In this document: positions 18,594 through 28,125 of the stretch, one piece after another
Numbering within the stretch: position 1 is the stretch's first letter
Layout: each line of letters begins with the position of its first letter
Assembly: GCA_017458145.1 (NCBI GenBank)
Contig: JAFTGA010000049.1
Span: 746 to 64,745, forward strand
DNA from: Bacteroidales bacterium
GTDB taxonomy: Bacteria; Bacteroidota; Bacteroidia; Bacteroidales; UBA932
Direction of reading: 5' to 3'
Length of the DNA stretch: 64,000 nucleotides
Position numbers and translations under genes: made by a program
The notes under the pieces: model-generated
The model's database searches: none
What the model was told of the DNA's origin: nothing
Seen by the model: the letters and a program-made list of their open reading frames with translations, nothing else

Positions 18594-18802
18594 CGGGCGA
18601 TTTCAACCACCGCTACGACGACATCCTCGACCTGCCGCGGCCCGAGCCGCAGCGCCATCCGCGCATGCCCCGCCTCGACCGCGCTGCGCAGTTCGCCCCC
18701 TTCGCCGCGCTCACCGGCTTCGGTGAGGTCATCCAGGACACCGCCCGGCGGCACCTGGCCGACCAGCCGGAGATGTACGGGGAATGGGAAGACCTGCCTT
18801 AA
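18590..18802 (+). CDS. Short YolD-like accessory protein
   Basis: YDDILDLP..RHPRM..DRAAQFAPFAALTGF; ATGA overlap with the polymerase gene. Confidence 0.8.
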   Translation: MTGDFNHRYDDILDLPRPEPQRHPRMPRLDRAAQFAPFAALTGFGEVIQDTARRHLADQPEMYGEWEDLP

Positions 18803-19974
18803 GCCTTGCGCTCGTAGGCCAGCGTCCGGGCATCCTCGGCGCGCTGCTCGTCGTACTGCCGGTCCCAGTCGCGGTAGAAGGCCATTTTCGGATCTTCAAA
18901 GAGGGACATCTGCTCGTAGAAATCGTGCGTGAGCTTGCTCACGCCCAGGCCGACCTGGCGAAGCGGCGTGACGCCGTCCCAGGCCTCGGCGAGCAGGCGG
19001 CGCGCCGCGCCCAGGATCAGGGCCGTGACGTCCGTGGACTGCTCCAGCTGGCACTGCTTCTGCACCACGGAGAAATCCTTGTACTTGATGAACATCGAGA
19101 CCGTTGCGGCGCGGAAATGATACCTCCGGATGCGGTGCGCCACAATACAGGCCACGTTGAAGAGCGCCCGGTCGATGTCCCGGGGATCGGACAGGTCCCG
19201 CGGGAACGTGCGCTCCGCGCTCACGCTCTTGGCCTCCTCCGATTCCGTGTGTACCGGAGAATCATCCCGCCCGTTGGCGAATTCGTGCAGCTGCAGGGCG
19301 AACTTCTCCCCAACCATCTGGCGCAGCGAGCCCTGTCCCAGCCGGGCCAGGTCCCCGATGGTGCGGATGCCGTTGGCCGTCAGGCGCTCTTCCGTCTTCT
19401 TGCCCACCCAGAGCAGGTCCCGCACACCCAGGGGCCACATTTTCTGCTGCACCTCGCTCTCCCAGAGGGTGTGCACCTTGTCCGGCTTCTCGAAGTCGGA
19501 GGCCATCTTGGCGAGCAGCTTGTTGGAGCCGACGCCCACGTTGACGGTGAAGCCCAGCCGGGTTCTGACTTCATCTTTCAGCCGCGCAGCCACAGCCACG
19601 GCCGCCTCCGGCTCGCAGCGCCCGGTCATGTCGATGAAACACTCGTCTATGCTGAACTGCTGAAGGACAGGCGAATAGCTCCGGCAGATCTCGATGAATC
19701 CCTGCGAGCACTGTTTGTACCACGCCCAGTCGCCGCGCACGATCACGAGCGAAGGGCAGATACGCAGGGCCATCGACACGGGCTGGGCCGTCTTGATGCC
19801 CAGCTTCTTGGCCGGCATCGACGCCGCCGTGATGATGCTCCGCCGGTCGGAAGGGTCCCCGGAGACCACCGACGGCACCAGGCGGATATCCGCCTCCCCC
19901 GCCTGCACCAACTTGACCGCCGACCAGCTCAGGAAGGCGGAATTCACGTCGATATGGAAGATGATGCGGGGCAT
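18799..19974 (-). CDS. dinB: DNA polymerase IV
   Basis: IFHIDVNSAF, FSIDECFID, NKLLAKMASDFEKP, QMSLF clamp motif. Confidence 0.88.
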   Translation of the reverse strand: MPRIIFHIDVNSAFLSWSAVKLVQAGEADIRLVPSVVSGDPSDRRSIITAASMPAKKLGIKTAQPVSMALRICPSLVIVRGDWAWYKQCSQGFIEICRSYSPVLQQFSIDECFIDMTGRCEPEAAVAVAARLKDEVRTRLGFTVNVGVGSNKLLAKMASDFEKPDKVHTLWESEVQQKMWPLGVRDLLWVGKKTEERLTANGIRTIGDLARLGQGSLRQMVGEKFALQLHEFANGRDDSPVHTESEEAKSVSAERTFPRDLSDPRDIDRALFNVACIVAHRIRRYHFRAATVSMFIKYKDFSVVQKQCQLEQSTDVTALILGAARRLLAEAWDGVTPLRQVGLGVSKLTHDFYEQMSLFEDPKMAFYRDWDRQYDEQRAEDARTLAYERKA

Positions 19975-20114
19975 ACCGGTTGTCCGAACAAACAAAGATA
20001 CGAACTATCTGCGAATCCTTGCAAGGCGGTTATTTGAATAGAGAGACTTGTTGAATAAAATCTTTTTTGTATTTTTGCATTGTCATACAAATGACACTTA
20101 ATAGCAAACTTTGA

Positions 20115-20158
20115 AAGACGGACACCCACCCTTAATGGATGTCCGTCTTCTTTTTTTT
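20115..20158 (+). terminator. Intrinsic terminator/attenuator-like hairpin
   Basis: AAGACGGACA...TGTCCGTCTT followed by C and a T run. Confidence 0.65.
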
Positions 20159-20224
20159 CGTCTACCGAGGGGAGGTGCTGCTACGAGGGAGTCGTTGTCC
20201 TTACAGCTATTAAGTTACATTTGT

Positions 20225-20362
20225 ATGAAAAGAAGGACAAGACCAAGATTCGTTCTCTACTCCATTAGGATAGAGGCACAAAGAGTCGTCAAAGTGAAGG
20301 CCTACAAACGCATTCGCAATGGCGTCATTGAAAAGGTCCGCAGTTATTATCTAAGATATTAA
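20225..20362 (+). CDS. Small basic protein, 45 aa
   Basis: MKRRTRPRFVL...VKVKAYKRIRNGVIEKVRSYYLRY. Confidence 0.5.
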   Translation: MKRRTRPRFVLYSIRIEAQRVVKVKAYKRIRNGVIEKVRSYYLRY

Positions 20363-20599
20363 GGGTATCTTCCATCGGCGTCTCTGGCCAGTTCTTCCTT
20401 TGAGCATTGCGAAATAGAGGCCGTCATCGGCTGCAGATCCGTCGTACGCGCAGGTTGTCGCCAAGGTCGGGATCTGTGGCAAAATGGACGTGGGGTTCCG
20501 GCTGATGCTGGGAGTACAACAACGGTGTGTGCAAAAACTGCACATCCTGCTTAGGACGGCAAGACATACAACACAAAGCATTACAGTCTGGAGGCAATC

Positions 20600-20965
20600 A
20601 CAAATAGGTAAAAACGAATAATTATATTGTCCACGGACAAAGAAAATGAATTATTAATCGTTTTTATTGTTCGTAGACAATAAATATTACTCAGTTCGAA
20701 GACTGTGTCTGCAACTGGTACACGGAGGATAAAACCGATGTCATTCTTACCGGCAGTGATTCAGATATGCTTTCCGGAGAACTGGCCCCCGGCTGTCCGG
20801 CCGTTACATGGAGATACGTATCCATCCGCTTACATACGCCAAATTTCTCCAGTTTCATGAACTTCAGGATAGCGATGAAAACCTGATGACCTATCTGAAC
20901 TACGGCGGTCTTCCCGACCTCCGCAACCTCCGGGCTTCCGAGCAATGGACTCTTACATACAGAAG
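20600..20965 (+). pseudogene. AAA_14-type ATP-binding protein remnant
   Basis: Frameshifted fragments DVILTGSDSDMLSGELA / GRYMEIRIHPLTY..YLNYGGLP. Confidence 0.7.
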
Positions 20966-21180
20966 GTTATTGAAAATGCCGTTTTCAAGCCCCTCCTTTT
21001 CCTGGGGTATGCGGTGAATGTCGGAGGCAGCGTGACGAAAACGGCATCACGCATCTCTCTTTGAGAAAGTTCCTGAAAGAAGGTCTCTGAACCTTATGAT
21101 TCTGAAAGAATGACAGAGAAAGAAGCCGCCGATCTTGCAAAGATTTGCCAAAGAAAAAAATGAGCCATATCTATGCGTCT

Positions 21181-21512
21181 ATGGAGGAAAGAAACGATAT
21201 CGTAATCTATCAGTCCGAGGACGGACTGGTGAGCATGGAGGCTTTGGTGGACGCTGCTAATGAGACAATTTGGGCTACGCAGCGCGCTATGGCCGAATTA
21301 TTTGGCGTCAACACGCAGGCTATTACCAGGCATCTTGGCAATATTTTCGCGGAGGGAGAACTTGTCAAAGAGGCAACTTGTTCCAAAATGGAACAGGTTC
21401 GAAAAGAAGGATCCAGGACTGTATCTCGTAACTTGATTTTTATAATCTTGATGCCATTATCTCCGTCGGTTATAGGATTAATTCAGGAAGAGCCACGAAA
21501 TTCAGAATTTGG
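21181..21512 (+). pseudogene. RhuM-family (virulence protein-like) remnant
   Basis: IVIYQSEDG..ETIWATQRAMAELFGV, frameshift, YNLDAIISVGYRINS.RATKFRIW, then truncated. Confidence 0.8.
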
Positions 21513-21541
21513 GATTATCTTTGTCACAAGAAGAATCCGAT

Positions 21542-22036
21542 ATGACCGACTTTGCAGCCATAGATTTCGAGACGGCGAACGAGCAGCCGTGCAGCGTGTG
21601 CAGCGTGGGGGTCGTGATCGTGCGCGGCGGGGAGATCGTGGACCGCTTCTACGCGCTGATCCATCCGGAACCGGAATATTATCAGTGGTTCTGCCAGCGG
21701 GTGCACGGGCTGTGCGCCACGGACACGGAGGACGCGCCCTGTTTCCCGGACGTGTGGGCCGAGATTGCGCCGCGCATCGAGGGGCTGCCGCTGGTGGCGC
21801 ACAACGCCCGCTTCGACGAGGGCTGCCTGCGAGCCGCGCACCGCGTCTATCAGATGGACTATCCGGATTACGAATTCTACGACACCCTGCAGGCCTCCCG
21901 GCGGCATTTCGGCCATACGCTCCCCAACCACCAGCTCCAGACGGTCGCCGCCGCCTGCGGCTACGACCTCAGGCGGCACCACCACGCCCTCGCCGACGCC
22001 GAGGCCTGCGCACACATCGCCATCCAACTCCTATAA
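21542..22036 (+). CDS. DnaQ-like DEDDh 3'-5' exonuclease
   Basis: AIDFETAN, AHNARFD, HHALADAEAC. Confidence 0.9.
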   Translation: MTDFAAIDFETANEQPCSVCSVGVVIVRGGEIVDRFYALIHPEPEYYQWFCQRVHGLCATDTEDAPCFPDVWAEIAPRIEGLPLVAHNARFDEGCLRAAHRVYQMDYPDYEFYDTLQASRRHFGHTLPNHQLQTVAAACGYDLRRHHHALADAEACAHIAIQLL

Positions 22037-22693
22037 TTCCCGATCCAGCTGCGCCTGAACGGCGCGGAGGTAGAAGTCGCGGCGCTGTTCCTGCGTGACG
22101 GCCAGCGAGAGCAGGCGGGCGTCGAACGAGAGGCCGTCGTCGAGGTTGCACACGAAGAAATCATTGATGTCCGCCAGGTACAGGCGGTTGTAGCGGATCT
22201 CCTGGTCCGCCTGCAGCTGCATCATGTAGCGGCAGGTCTGCGCCGCAAGCTCCTCGTCCAGATTGTCTTTGCAGAAGACGAAGAGCCCCATCTTGTCATA
22301 CTGCCCGTAGAAGCCGTTGCCCGCCTTGGAGACCTTGCTCCTGAGGATGTTGCGCAGCGGGTGCGCCAGCTGCCAGTAGCCCAGTTCCCGGGCGCCGATG
22401 TACTCGCCGTTCCGCAGACCGTAGGCATAGCCCGTCCGGACGATTTCCTCGAGATCACGCCGCTCCGCCGCAGGGAAGATGCCGGACACCTCTTTCAGGA
22501 GCTGCTGTGCCGCGGTTTTGCTCTGTTCCATGGCTCGGGTCACCTCGATCCCCAGCCGCCGCCCGTCGGGCGACTGCAGGTCGGGCCGGTCACGGTCCAG
22601 CAGGTCCTCGAATTCCCGCCCCAGCAGGGTCGAGAGCTCGATCCGGGCATAGGCCTCGAAGAAACAGGTGCCGTATTTGCGAAAAGCGGACAT
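22031..22693 (-). CDS. Hypothetical protein, possible PD-(D/E)xK-like fold
   Basis: Host-like codon usage; DRPDL...GIEVT motif. Confidence 0.6.
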   Translation of the reverse strand: MSAFRKYGTCFFEAYARIELSTLLGREFEDLLDRDRPDLQSPDGRRLGIEVTRAMEQSKTAAQQLLKEVSGIFPAAERRDLEEIVRTGYAYGLRNGEYIGARELGYWQLAHPLRNILRSKVSKAGNGFYGQYDKMGLFVFCKDNLDEELAAQTCRYMMQLQADQEIRYNRLYLADINDFFVCNLDDGLSFDARLLSLAVTQEQRRDFYLRAVQAQLDREL

Positions 22694-22696
22694 GGC

Positions 22697-23125
22697 TCAG
22701 ACGTGGGTGGGCAGGTCCTTCTCGCCCAGGCAGCGAAGGCCGCTCCGCACGATGGCTTCGCGCGCCGCGTCCGGCCGGTCGGTACGGAAAATCATAATCC
22801 CCCGCCCGTCCAGCAGGAAGGCGTACATATAGGTGATGCCGATGCCGGCCTCGCTGAAGATGGCGACGACGTCCGCCGCGCCGCCGGGCTGGTTGTCCAG
22901 CTCGATGGCAAAGACATCCGAAATGGCGACGGCCACGCCGGCCGCCTTGAGCTCGCTGCAGGCCCGGTCGGGCTCGCTGCAGATAATCCGGAAAATCCCG
23001 TACTCCGCCGTGTCGGCGATGGTGCAGGCGATGATCTGGATCCGCGACTGGCGCATCCTCTCGAGCACGCTCTGCAAGGTGCCCGACTGATTCTCGATGA
23101 AAATGGATAACTGTCTGATGGTCAT
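22697..23125 (-). CDS. Tandem ACT-domain protein
   Basis: IRQLSIFIENQSG, ADTAEYGIFRII, NQPGG, YMYAF. Confidence 0.88.
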   Translation of the reverse strand: MTIRQLSIFIENQSGTLQSVLERMRQSRIQIIACTIADTAEYGIFRIICSEPDRACSELKAAGVAVAISDVFAIELDNQPGGAADVVAIFSEAGIGITYMYAFLLDGRGIMIFRTDRPDAAREAIVRSGLRCLGEKDLPTHV

Positions 23126-23138
23126 AGTAGTCTCAGTG

Positions 23139-24455
23139 TCAATACAGTTTACGTTTGTCGATGACGCGGACGCTCTTGCCCTCGCTGCGCTCCAGGGTGC
23201 CGGGCGCCTTGATCTGGACCTTGGCACCGATGCTCAGCACGCTCTTGAGCTTGGCCGCGAAGCGCTTTTCCAGCTCGTCGATGGCGGCCGGCGTATCCAG
23301 CGTGGCGCTGAACACGTCCGGACGGAGCTCCACCTGCACCATGAGGGTGTCGAGGTTGTTGATGCGGTCGACGATGAGCAGATAGCGCGGAGCGAACTCC
23401 TTCATCGTGAGCACCACGCTCTCCACCTGCGACGGGAAGACGTTGATGCCGCGGATGATGAGCATGTCGTCGCTGCGGCCCTGGATGGCGGACATCCGCA
23501 CGTTGGTGCGCCCGCAGGGGCATTCGCCGGGCAGCAGCGAACACAGGTCGCGCGTCCGGTAACGGATCACGGGCATGCCCTCCTTGGTCAGCGTCGTGAA
23601 CACGAGTTCGCCCGTCTGCCCGGCGGGCAGCGGCTCCAGCGTGACCGGATCGATGATCTCCGGGAAGAAATGGTCCTCGTTGATGTGCGAGCCGTGCTGT
23701 TCGTCACATTCGTAACTGACGCTCGGCCCCATGATCTCGCTCAGGCCGTAGAGGTTGAAGCCCTTCAGGCCCAGCCGGTCCTGGATCTCCTTGCGCATGT
23801 TCTCCGTCCAGGGCTCCGCCCCGAAGGCGCCCACGCGCAGCTTGATCTGGTCCCGCGTGATGCCCAGGCGGTCCATCGTCTCGGCCAGGTACAGGGCGTA
23901 CGACGGCGTACAGGCGATGCCCGTGATGCCCAGGTCGCGGATCAGCCGGGCGTGCTTCTCGGTATTGCCGGTGGAGGCGGGCACGACGGCCGCGCCCACG
24001 GTCTCCACGCCGTTGTGGGCCCCGAGGCCGCCGGTGAACAGGCCATAGCCGTAGGAGACGGAAAAGACATCATTCCGGCCGACACCGTAGGCGGTCAGGC
24101 AGCGCGCCATGCATTCGCTCCAGACGCTGATGTCCTTGCGGGTGTAGCCCACGATCGTGGGGTTGCCCGTGGTGCCGGACGAGGCGTGGATGCGGATGAT
24201 TTCATCGGCGGGAGCCGCCTGCAGGCCGAAAGGATAGTTGTCGCGCAGGTCCTTCTTGGTCGTGAACGGGAGCTTCACGATGTCATCGATCGTCCGGATG
24301 TCATCCGGCGAGAGGTCCATCTCCTGCAGCTTGTGACGGTAGAACGGGACATTGTGATAGACATACTCCACGATCTTGTGCAGACGCTTGCCCTGCAGCT
24401 CGCGCATCTGATCGCGGCCCATGCATTCTTTGTTCGGATTCCAGATCATATACAA
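23139..24455 (-). CDS. paaK: Phenylacetate-CoA ligase
   Basis: HASSGTTGNP, YGLSEIMGP, RYRTRD, GRSDDMLIIRGINVFP. Confidence 0.92.
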   Translation of the reverse strand: MYMIWNPNKECMGRDQMRELQGKRLHKIVEYVYHNVPFYRHKLQEMDLSPDDIRTIDDIVKLPFTTKKDLRDNYPFGLQAAPADEIIRIHASSGTTGNPTIVGYTRKDISVWSECMARCLTAYGVGRNDVFSVSYGYGLFTGGLGAHNGVETVGAAVVPASTGNTEKHARLIRDLGITGIACTPSYALYLAETMDRLGITRDQIKLRVGAFGAEPWTENMRKEIQDRLGLKGFNLYGLSEIMGPSVSYECDEQHGSHINEDHFFPEIIDPVTLEPLPAGQTGELVFTTLTKEGMPVIRYRTRDLCSLLPGECPCGRTNVRMSAIQGRSDDMLIIRGINVFPSQVESVVLTMKEFAPRYLLIVDRINNLDTLMVQVELRPDVFSATLDTPAAIDELEKRFAAKLKSVLSIGAKVQIKAPGTLERSEGKSVRVIDKRKLY

Positions 24456-25043
24456 CTACTTACTAACTTGATACGTGTGGGAGAGGCCCAGCCGGAAGGC
24501 ATCCAGGTTGGCCTGAACGACGGCCTCGCCCTTCCGGGCGAATACGCGGCCGACGGCTTCCTGTAGCTGCTCCGGACGCAGCAGGGAAAGGAACGGGGCG
24601 GCCATCCCAAGCAGGATCATGTTGGCGCTCTTGGGGAGGCCCTGTTCCCGGGCCACGGCCTCGATGTCGAGCCGCACCACGTGCGGAAGGGCGTCCAGCT
24701 CGGCCAGAAGGGCTGTCTCGTCGGGATAATCGGGGATGTTGACCAACGGACGGCTGGCGGTCACGACCGTCCCGTCCGGGGCCAGATACGGTAGGTAGCG
24801 CAAGGCCTCCATCGGCTCCATGGAGATGATCAGGTCGGCCTGGCCCAATGGGATCAGGTCGCTGCACACGGGTTCCGTGCCCAGCCGCAGGTCGCTCTGC
24901 ACGTCGCCGCCGCGCTGGCTCATGCCGTGGACTTCGGCCTGCTTGAGATAGAGGCCCGCCGCCGTGGCGGCTTCACCGATGACGGTCGCGATGGTGAGGA
25001 TCCCCTGCCCTCCCACGCCGGAGAGTTTTATATCTCGTTTCAT
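24456..25043 (-). CDS. iorB: Indolepyruvate:ferredoxin oxidoreductase beta subunit
   Basis: GVGGQG, EVHGMSQRGG. Confidence 0.92.
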   Translation of the reverse strand: MKRDIKLSGVGGQGILTIATVIGEAATAAGLYLKQAEVHGMSQRGGDVQSDLRLGTEPVCSDLIPLGQADLIISMEPMEALRYLPYLAPDGTVVTASRPLVNIPDYPDETALLAELDALPHVVRLDIEAVAREQGLPKSANMILLGMAAPFLSLLRPEQLQEAVGRVFARKGEAVVQANLDAFRLGLSHTYQVSK

Positions 25044-26668
25044 GCCTTTCCTTTTTTCTGACGGTTCCTGCGGGCGAGCGTCTGCATGCACTCCCGCTGC
25101 GGGATGATGACGGAGACGCCCTCGTAAGCGATCTCCTCGCGGAGGATCCGGGTGATCTCGGGGATGTTGCCGGGCAGCGGAATGACCTTGTGCAGGTGCT
25201 CCCGCTCCACGCCCAGCGCCAGGCAGATGGCCTCGTATTTGTGCGTACCGGCGGAGTCCTGCCCGCCCGTCATGCCCGTGGTGAGGTTGTCGCTGATGAT
25301 CACGGTGATGGCGGAGCCGTCATTGACGGCGTCCAGCAGGCCGGTCATCCCGGAATGCGTGAAGGTGGAGTCGCCGATCACGGCGATGGCGGGACGCAGG
25401 CCGGCATCGGCAGCCCCCTTGGCCATCGTGATCGAGGCCCCCATATCGACGCAGGTGTCGATGGCACGGAAAGGCGGCAGGGCGCCTAGCGTATAACAGC
25501 CGATATCGCCGAACACCCGGGCGCCCGGGAATTCTTCGAGGACCCGGTTCAAGGCGGCATAGACATCCCGGTGGCCGCATCCCTGGCAGAGCTGGGGCGG
25601 CCGGACGGCCAGGTTGTGCGCAGGCGGGAACGTCGCGGCGGACGCCACGCCCAGGGCGGCAGCCACGCAGTCCGGCGTCAATTCGCCCGTGCGGGGCAGG
25701 TCCCCCGTCAGGCGGCCGCAGACAGGATAGTCCGCACCCAGCAGCGCCCGCACCTGCTCTTCGACGAAGGGTTGTCCGTCTTCGGCCACCAAGATGCGGC
25801 TGCAGGCGGCCGCGAGTTCGCGTACCTGCCGGGCCGAAAGCGGATAATGGGACAGTTTCAGGAGCGGAAGGTCCGCCGGGGCGGATTCCCGGACATAATT
25901 ATAGGCGATCCCGCAGGCGATGACGCCAACGCCGGCCTGCCCGACCCGGCACCCGTCATGCCCGACCTGATCGGGCATCTCCAGCCGGTTGAACCGGGAA
26001 TCCTCCGCCAGCGCCGCGATCTCCGGCTGCTTCTCCACCAGCGAGGCATACTGGCGCCGGGCATTGCCGGGCAGCAGCACCCAGCGGGTGCGCTCGTCGT
26101 CCGGGGAAAGCGGCTGCTGGGGCAGGGCCTCCCCCACCTCCACCGCGGCGCGGGAATGCGCCAGGCGCGTGACCAGCCGCATCAGGACGGGCAGGCGGAG
26201 CGACTCGGAGAGCGCAAAGGCCTCCGCCATCATCCGGTAGGCCTCCTGCTGGCCGGACGGCTCGAAGACCGGGATCATGGCAAATTTCCCGTAGAAACGG
26301 GAATCCTGCTCATTCTGAGAAGAATGCATCGAGGGATCATCCGCCGCGAGCACCACCAGGCCGCCTTTCACACCCGTGACGGCCGCGTTGACAAAGGCGT
26401 CGGCGCAGACATTCATGCCGACATGCTTCATGCACACCAGCGCCCGCTTGCCGGCATAGGACATCCCGAGCGCCGCCTCCATCGCCGTCTTCTCGTTCGT
26501 ACACCAGCGGCTCCGCACCCCGCGGCTACGCGCCAGGGGGCTCTGCTGAATGTATTCGGTGATCTCGGTAGAAGGCGTGCCCGGATAGGCATAGACACCG
26601 GAAAGCCCAGCGTGCAGGGCACCCAGGGCCACGGCTTCATCGCCCAGCAACAATCTTTTATCTGACAT
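25040..26668 (-). CDS. iorA: Indolepyruvate:ferredoxin oxidoreductase alpha subunit
   Basis: YPGTPSTE, MKHVGMNV, SSQNEQD, LCQGCGH, GDIGCY, IGDSTF. Confidence 0.92.
   Translation of the reverse strand: MSDKRLLLGDEAVALGALHAGLSGVYAYPGTPSTEITEYIQQSPLARSRGVRSRWCTNEKTAMEAALGMSYAGKRALVCMKHVGMNVCADAFVNAAVTGVKGGLVVLAADDPSMHSSQNEQDSRFYGKFAMIPVFEPSGQQEAYRMMAEAFALSESLRLPVLMRLVTRLAHSRAAVEVGEALPQQPLSPDDERTRWVLLPGNARRQYASLVEKQPEIAALAEDSRFNRLEMPDQVGHDGCRVGQAGVGVIACGIAYNYVRESAPADLPLLKLSHYPLSARQVRELAAACSRILVAEDGQPFVEEQVRALLGADYPVCGRLTGDLPRTGELTPDCVAAALGVASAATFPPAHNLAVRPPQLCQGCGHRDVYAALNRVLEEFPGARVFGDIGCYTLGALPPFRAIDTCVDMGASITMAKGAADAGLRPAIAVIGDSTFTHSGMTGLLDAVNDGSAITVIISDNLTTGMTGGQDSAGTHKYEAICLALGVEREHLHKVIPLPGNIPEITRILREEIAYEGVSVIIPQRECMQTLARRNRQKKGKA
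25955..25981 (-). repeat. REP-like palindrome lying in frame within iorA
   Basis: GAGATGCCCGA-TCAGG-TCGGGCATGAC encodes EMPDQVGHD. Confidence 0.75.
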
Positions 26669-26733
26669 GATTGACAATAACTAACCGATAACAAAAATAA
26701 AAGATTCCGGGCAAGAATACAAGAGCACCGGCG

Positions 26734-27960
26734 TTATTCTTTGCGGAGACGGCCCAGGGCATGCTCCAGGCTTTCCGTGGGCTCGATGATATTGTAGTCC
26801 TTCCAGAAATCGGGATCCGTGTATTCCCGGGTCTTGTCAGCCAGGGCGTCACTGCTGCGGAAACTCTCCGTCCGGTCGATCGGGACGGCCTCCGCACCGG
26901 CATGGCGGTTGGTCACCACCATCTCCGCAATCGCCGTGAATTCGGTATTCCAGAGCCTCCGGCGGGCGTCGCAGTTGAAGCGGAAGACGGTGCGGACATA
27001 ACTCAGGCGGCTCTTGTCCCCTTCCCGCTTGTAGTTGAGCAGCAAGGACATTTCCTTGGGCTTGAACCGGATGTCCGCCGGCTTGCGGATCAGCATCACG
27101 CGCGTGGCCTTGACCGGATCCGACATATCCAGGGACGCCTCGATCCGGGTGAAGGACATCGTCTCCTGGTCGATATAGATTAAGCCGTGCTGCTGGGCAT
27201 ATTCCGACACGTACGTCGGGGTCAGCCTGATCACGATCTGCCTCCGGTCGTCGATCATCACGGGCTCCATCAGCTCCAGCACATAGTCCTCCAGGTCGGC
27301 GTCGTTCAGGAAGAGGGCGCGGTGCTTGACCAGGTCCAGGTCCACGGCCTGCGTGGGGCCGCCGATAACCTTGACCGCCAGCGTGTCGGACCGGCGCGGA
27401 CTCGTCAGCAGGCGGCTCTTCTCGACCGCCGTCCGGTCCCGGCCGAAAGCGGTGCGGAAGGAACTCTTGTACATCCGGGTCACGGCCTCGGAGACGTAGA
27501 TGAAGCGCTGGCGCTTCTGGGCGGTCTCCCGGTAGAAACAGTCGAAGAGTTCCGGCTCGTCGGGGCAGTTCTCCGGAATCTTGTAGATCGCTTCGCGCAA
27601 CAGGGCCAGCGGCTCGCCCGTGATGACCTGGGCAGGATCGAGCGTGAACTCGCCGCGCGACAGGAGGACCTGCATCGTGCGCTCCCGGTCCGCCGGCATC
27701 GTGAGCACCTTGTAGCCCAGCAGGGAGAAGGAGGCGGCGCGGGGCGCGGCGGCGGATTTGATGACGAAAGTGCCGTCCTGGTTCGTGACGGTCGCGTAGT
27801 TCGTGCCCGGAAGAGTCACGTGCACATAGGCCAGGGGCTTGCCGCCTGCGGCATCCCGGACAGTCCCCCGCACGACGTAGCGGAGCGTATCGGTCTGGGC
27901 GAAGGCCGCGGCGCAGGCCAGCAGGCAGATGAAGGGAATCAGGAAGTATAAACGTTTCAC
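26734..27960 (-). CDS. Carboxypeptidase-regulatory-like domain outer membrane protein
   Basis: Signal peptide; VRGTVRDA..TVTNQDGTF..LLGY; C-terminal DPDFWKDYNIIEPTESL. Confidence 0.8.
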   Translation of the reverse strand: MKRLYFLIPFICLLACAAAFAQTDTLRYVVRGTVRDAAGGKPLAYVHVTLPGTNYATVTNQDGTFVIKSAAAPRAASFSLLGYKVLTMPADRERTMQVLLSRGEFTLDPAQVITGEPLALLREAIYKIPENCPDEPELFDCFYRETAQKRQRFIYVSEAVTRMYKSSFRTAFGRDRTAVEKSRLLTSPRRSDTLAVKVIGGPTQAVDLDLVKHRALFLNDADLEDYVLELMEPVMIDDRRQIVIRLTPTYVSEYAQQHGLIYIDQETMSFTRIEASLDMSDPVKATRVMLIRKPADIRFKPKEMSLLLNYKREGDKSRLSYVRTVFRFNCDARRRLWNTEFTAIAEMVVTNRHAGAEAVPIDRTESFRSSDALADKTREYTDPDFWKDYNIIEPTESLEHALGRLRKE

Positions 27961-28125
27961 GGCAATAGCAGGTTTCTCTGCGAAAGATACGCAAAAAAAA
28001 CCGCTATTGCACGAAATACAGGAAAATATCCGTGAAAGATGTCAGGTTTTTGTTCTGGTATTTCGGATCCATTTGACAACGATACTCTTTTTTTCGTAAT
28101 TTTGGCGGCCGTTAGCCAGGAGTGT

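Noticed and set aside
21145-22098. 317-aa ORF as a real RhuM fusion
   Set aside because: RhuM similarity shifts frame near 21440; the remainder is an off-frame read of the exonuclease gene.
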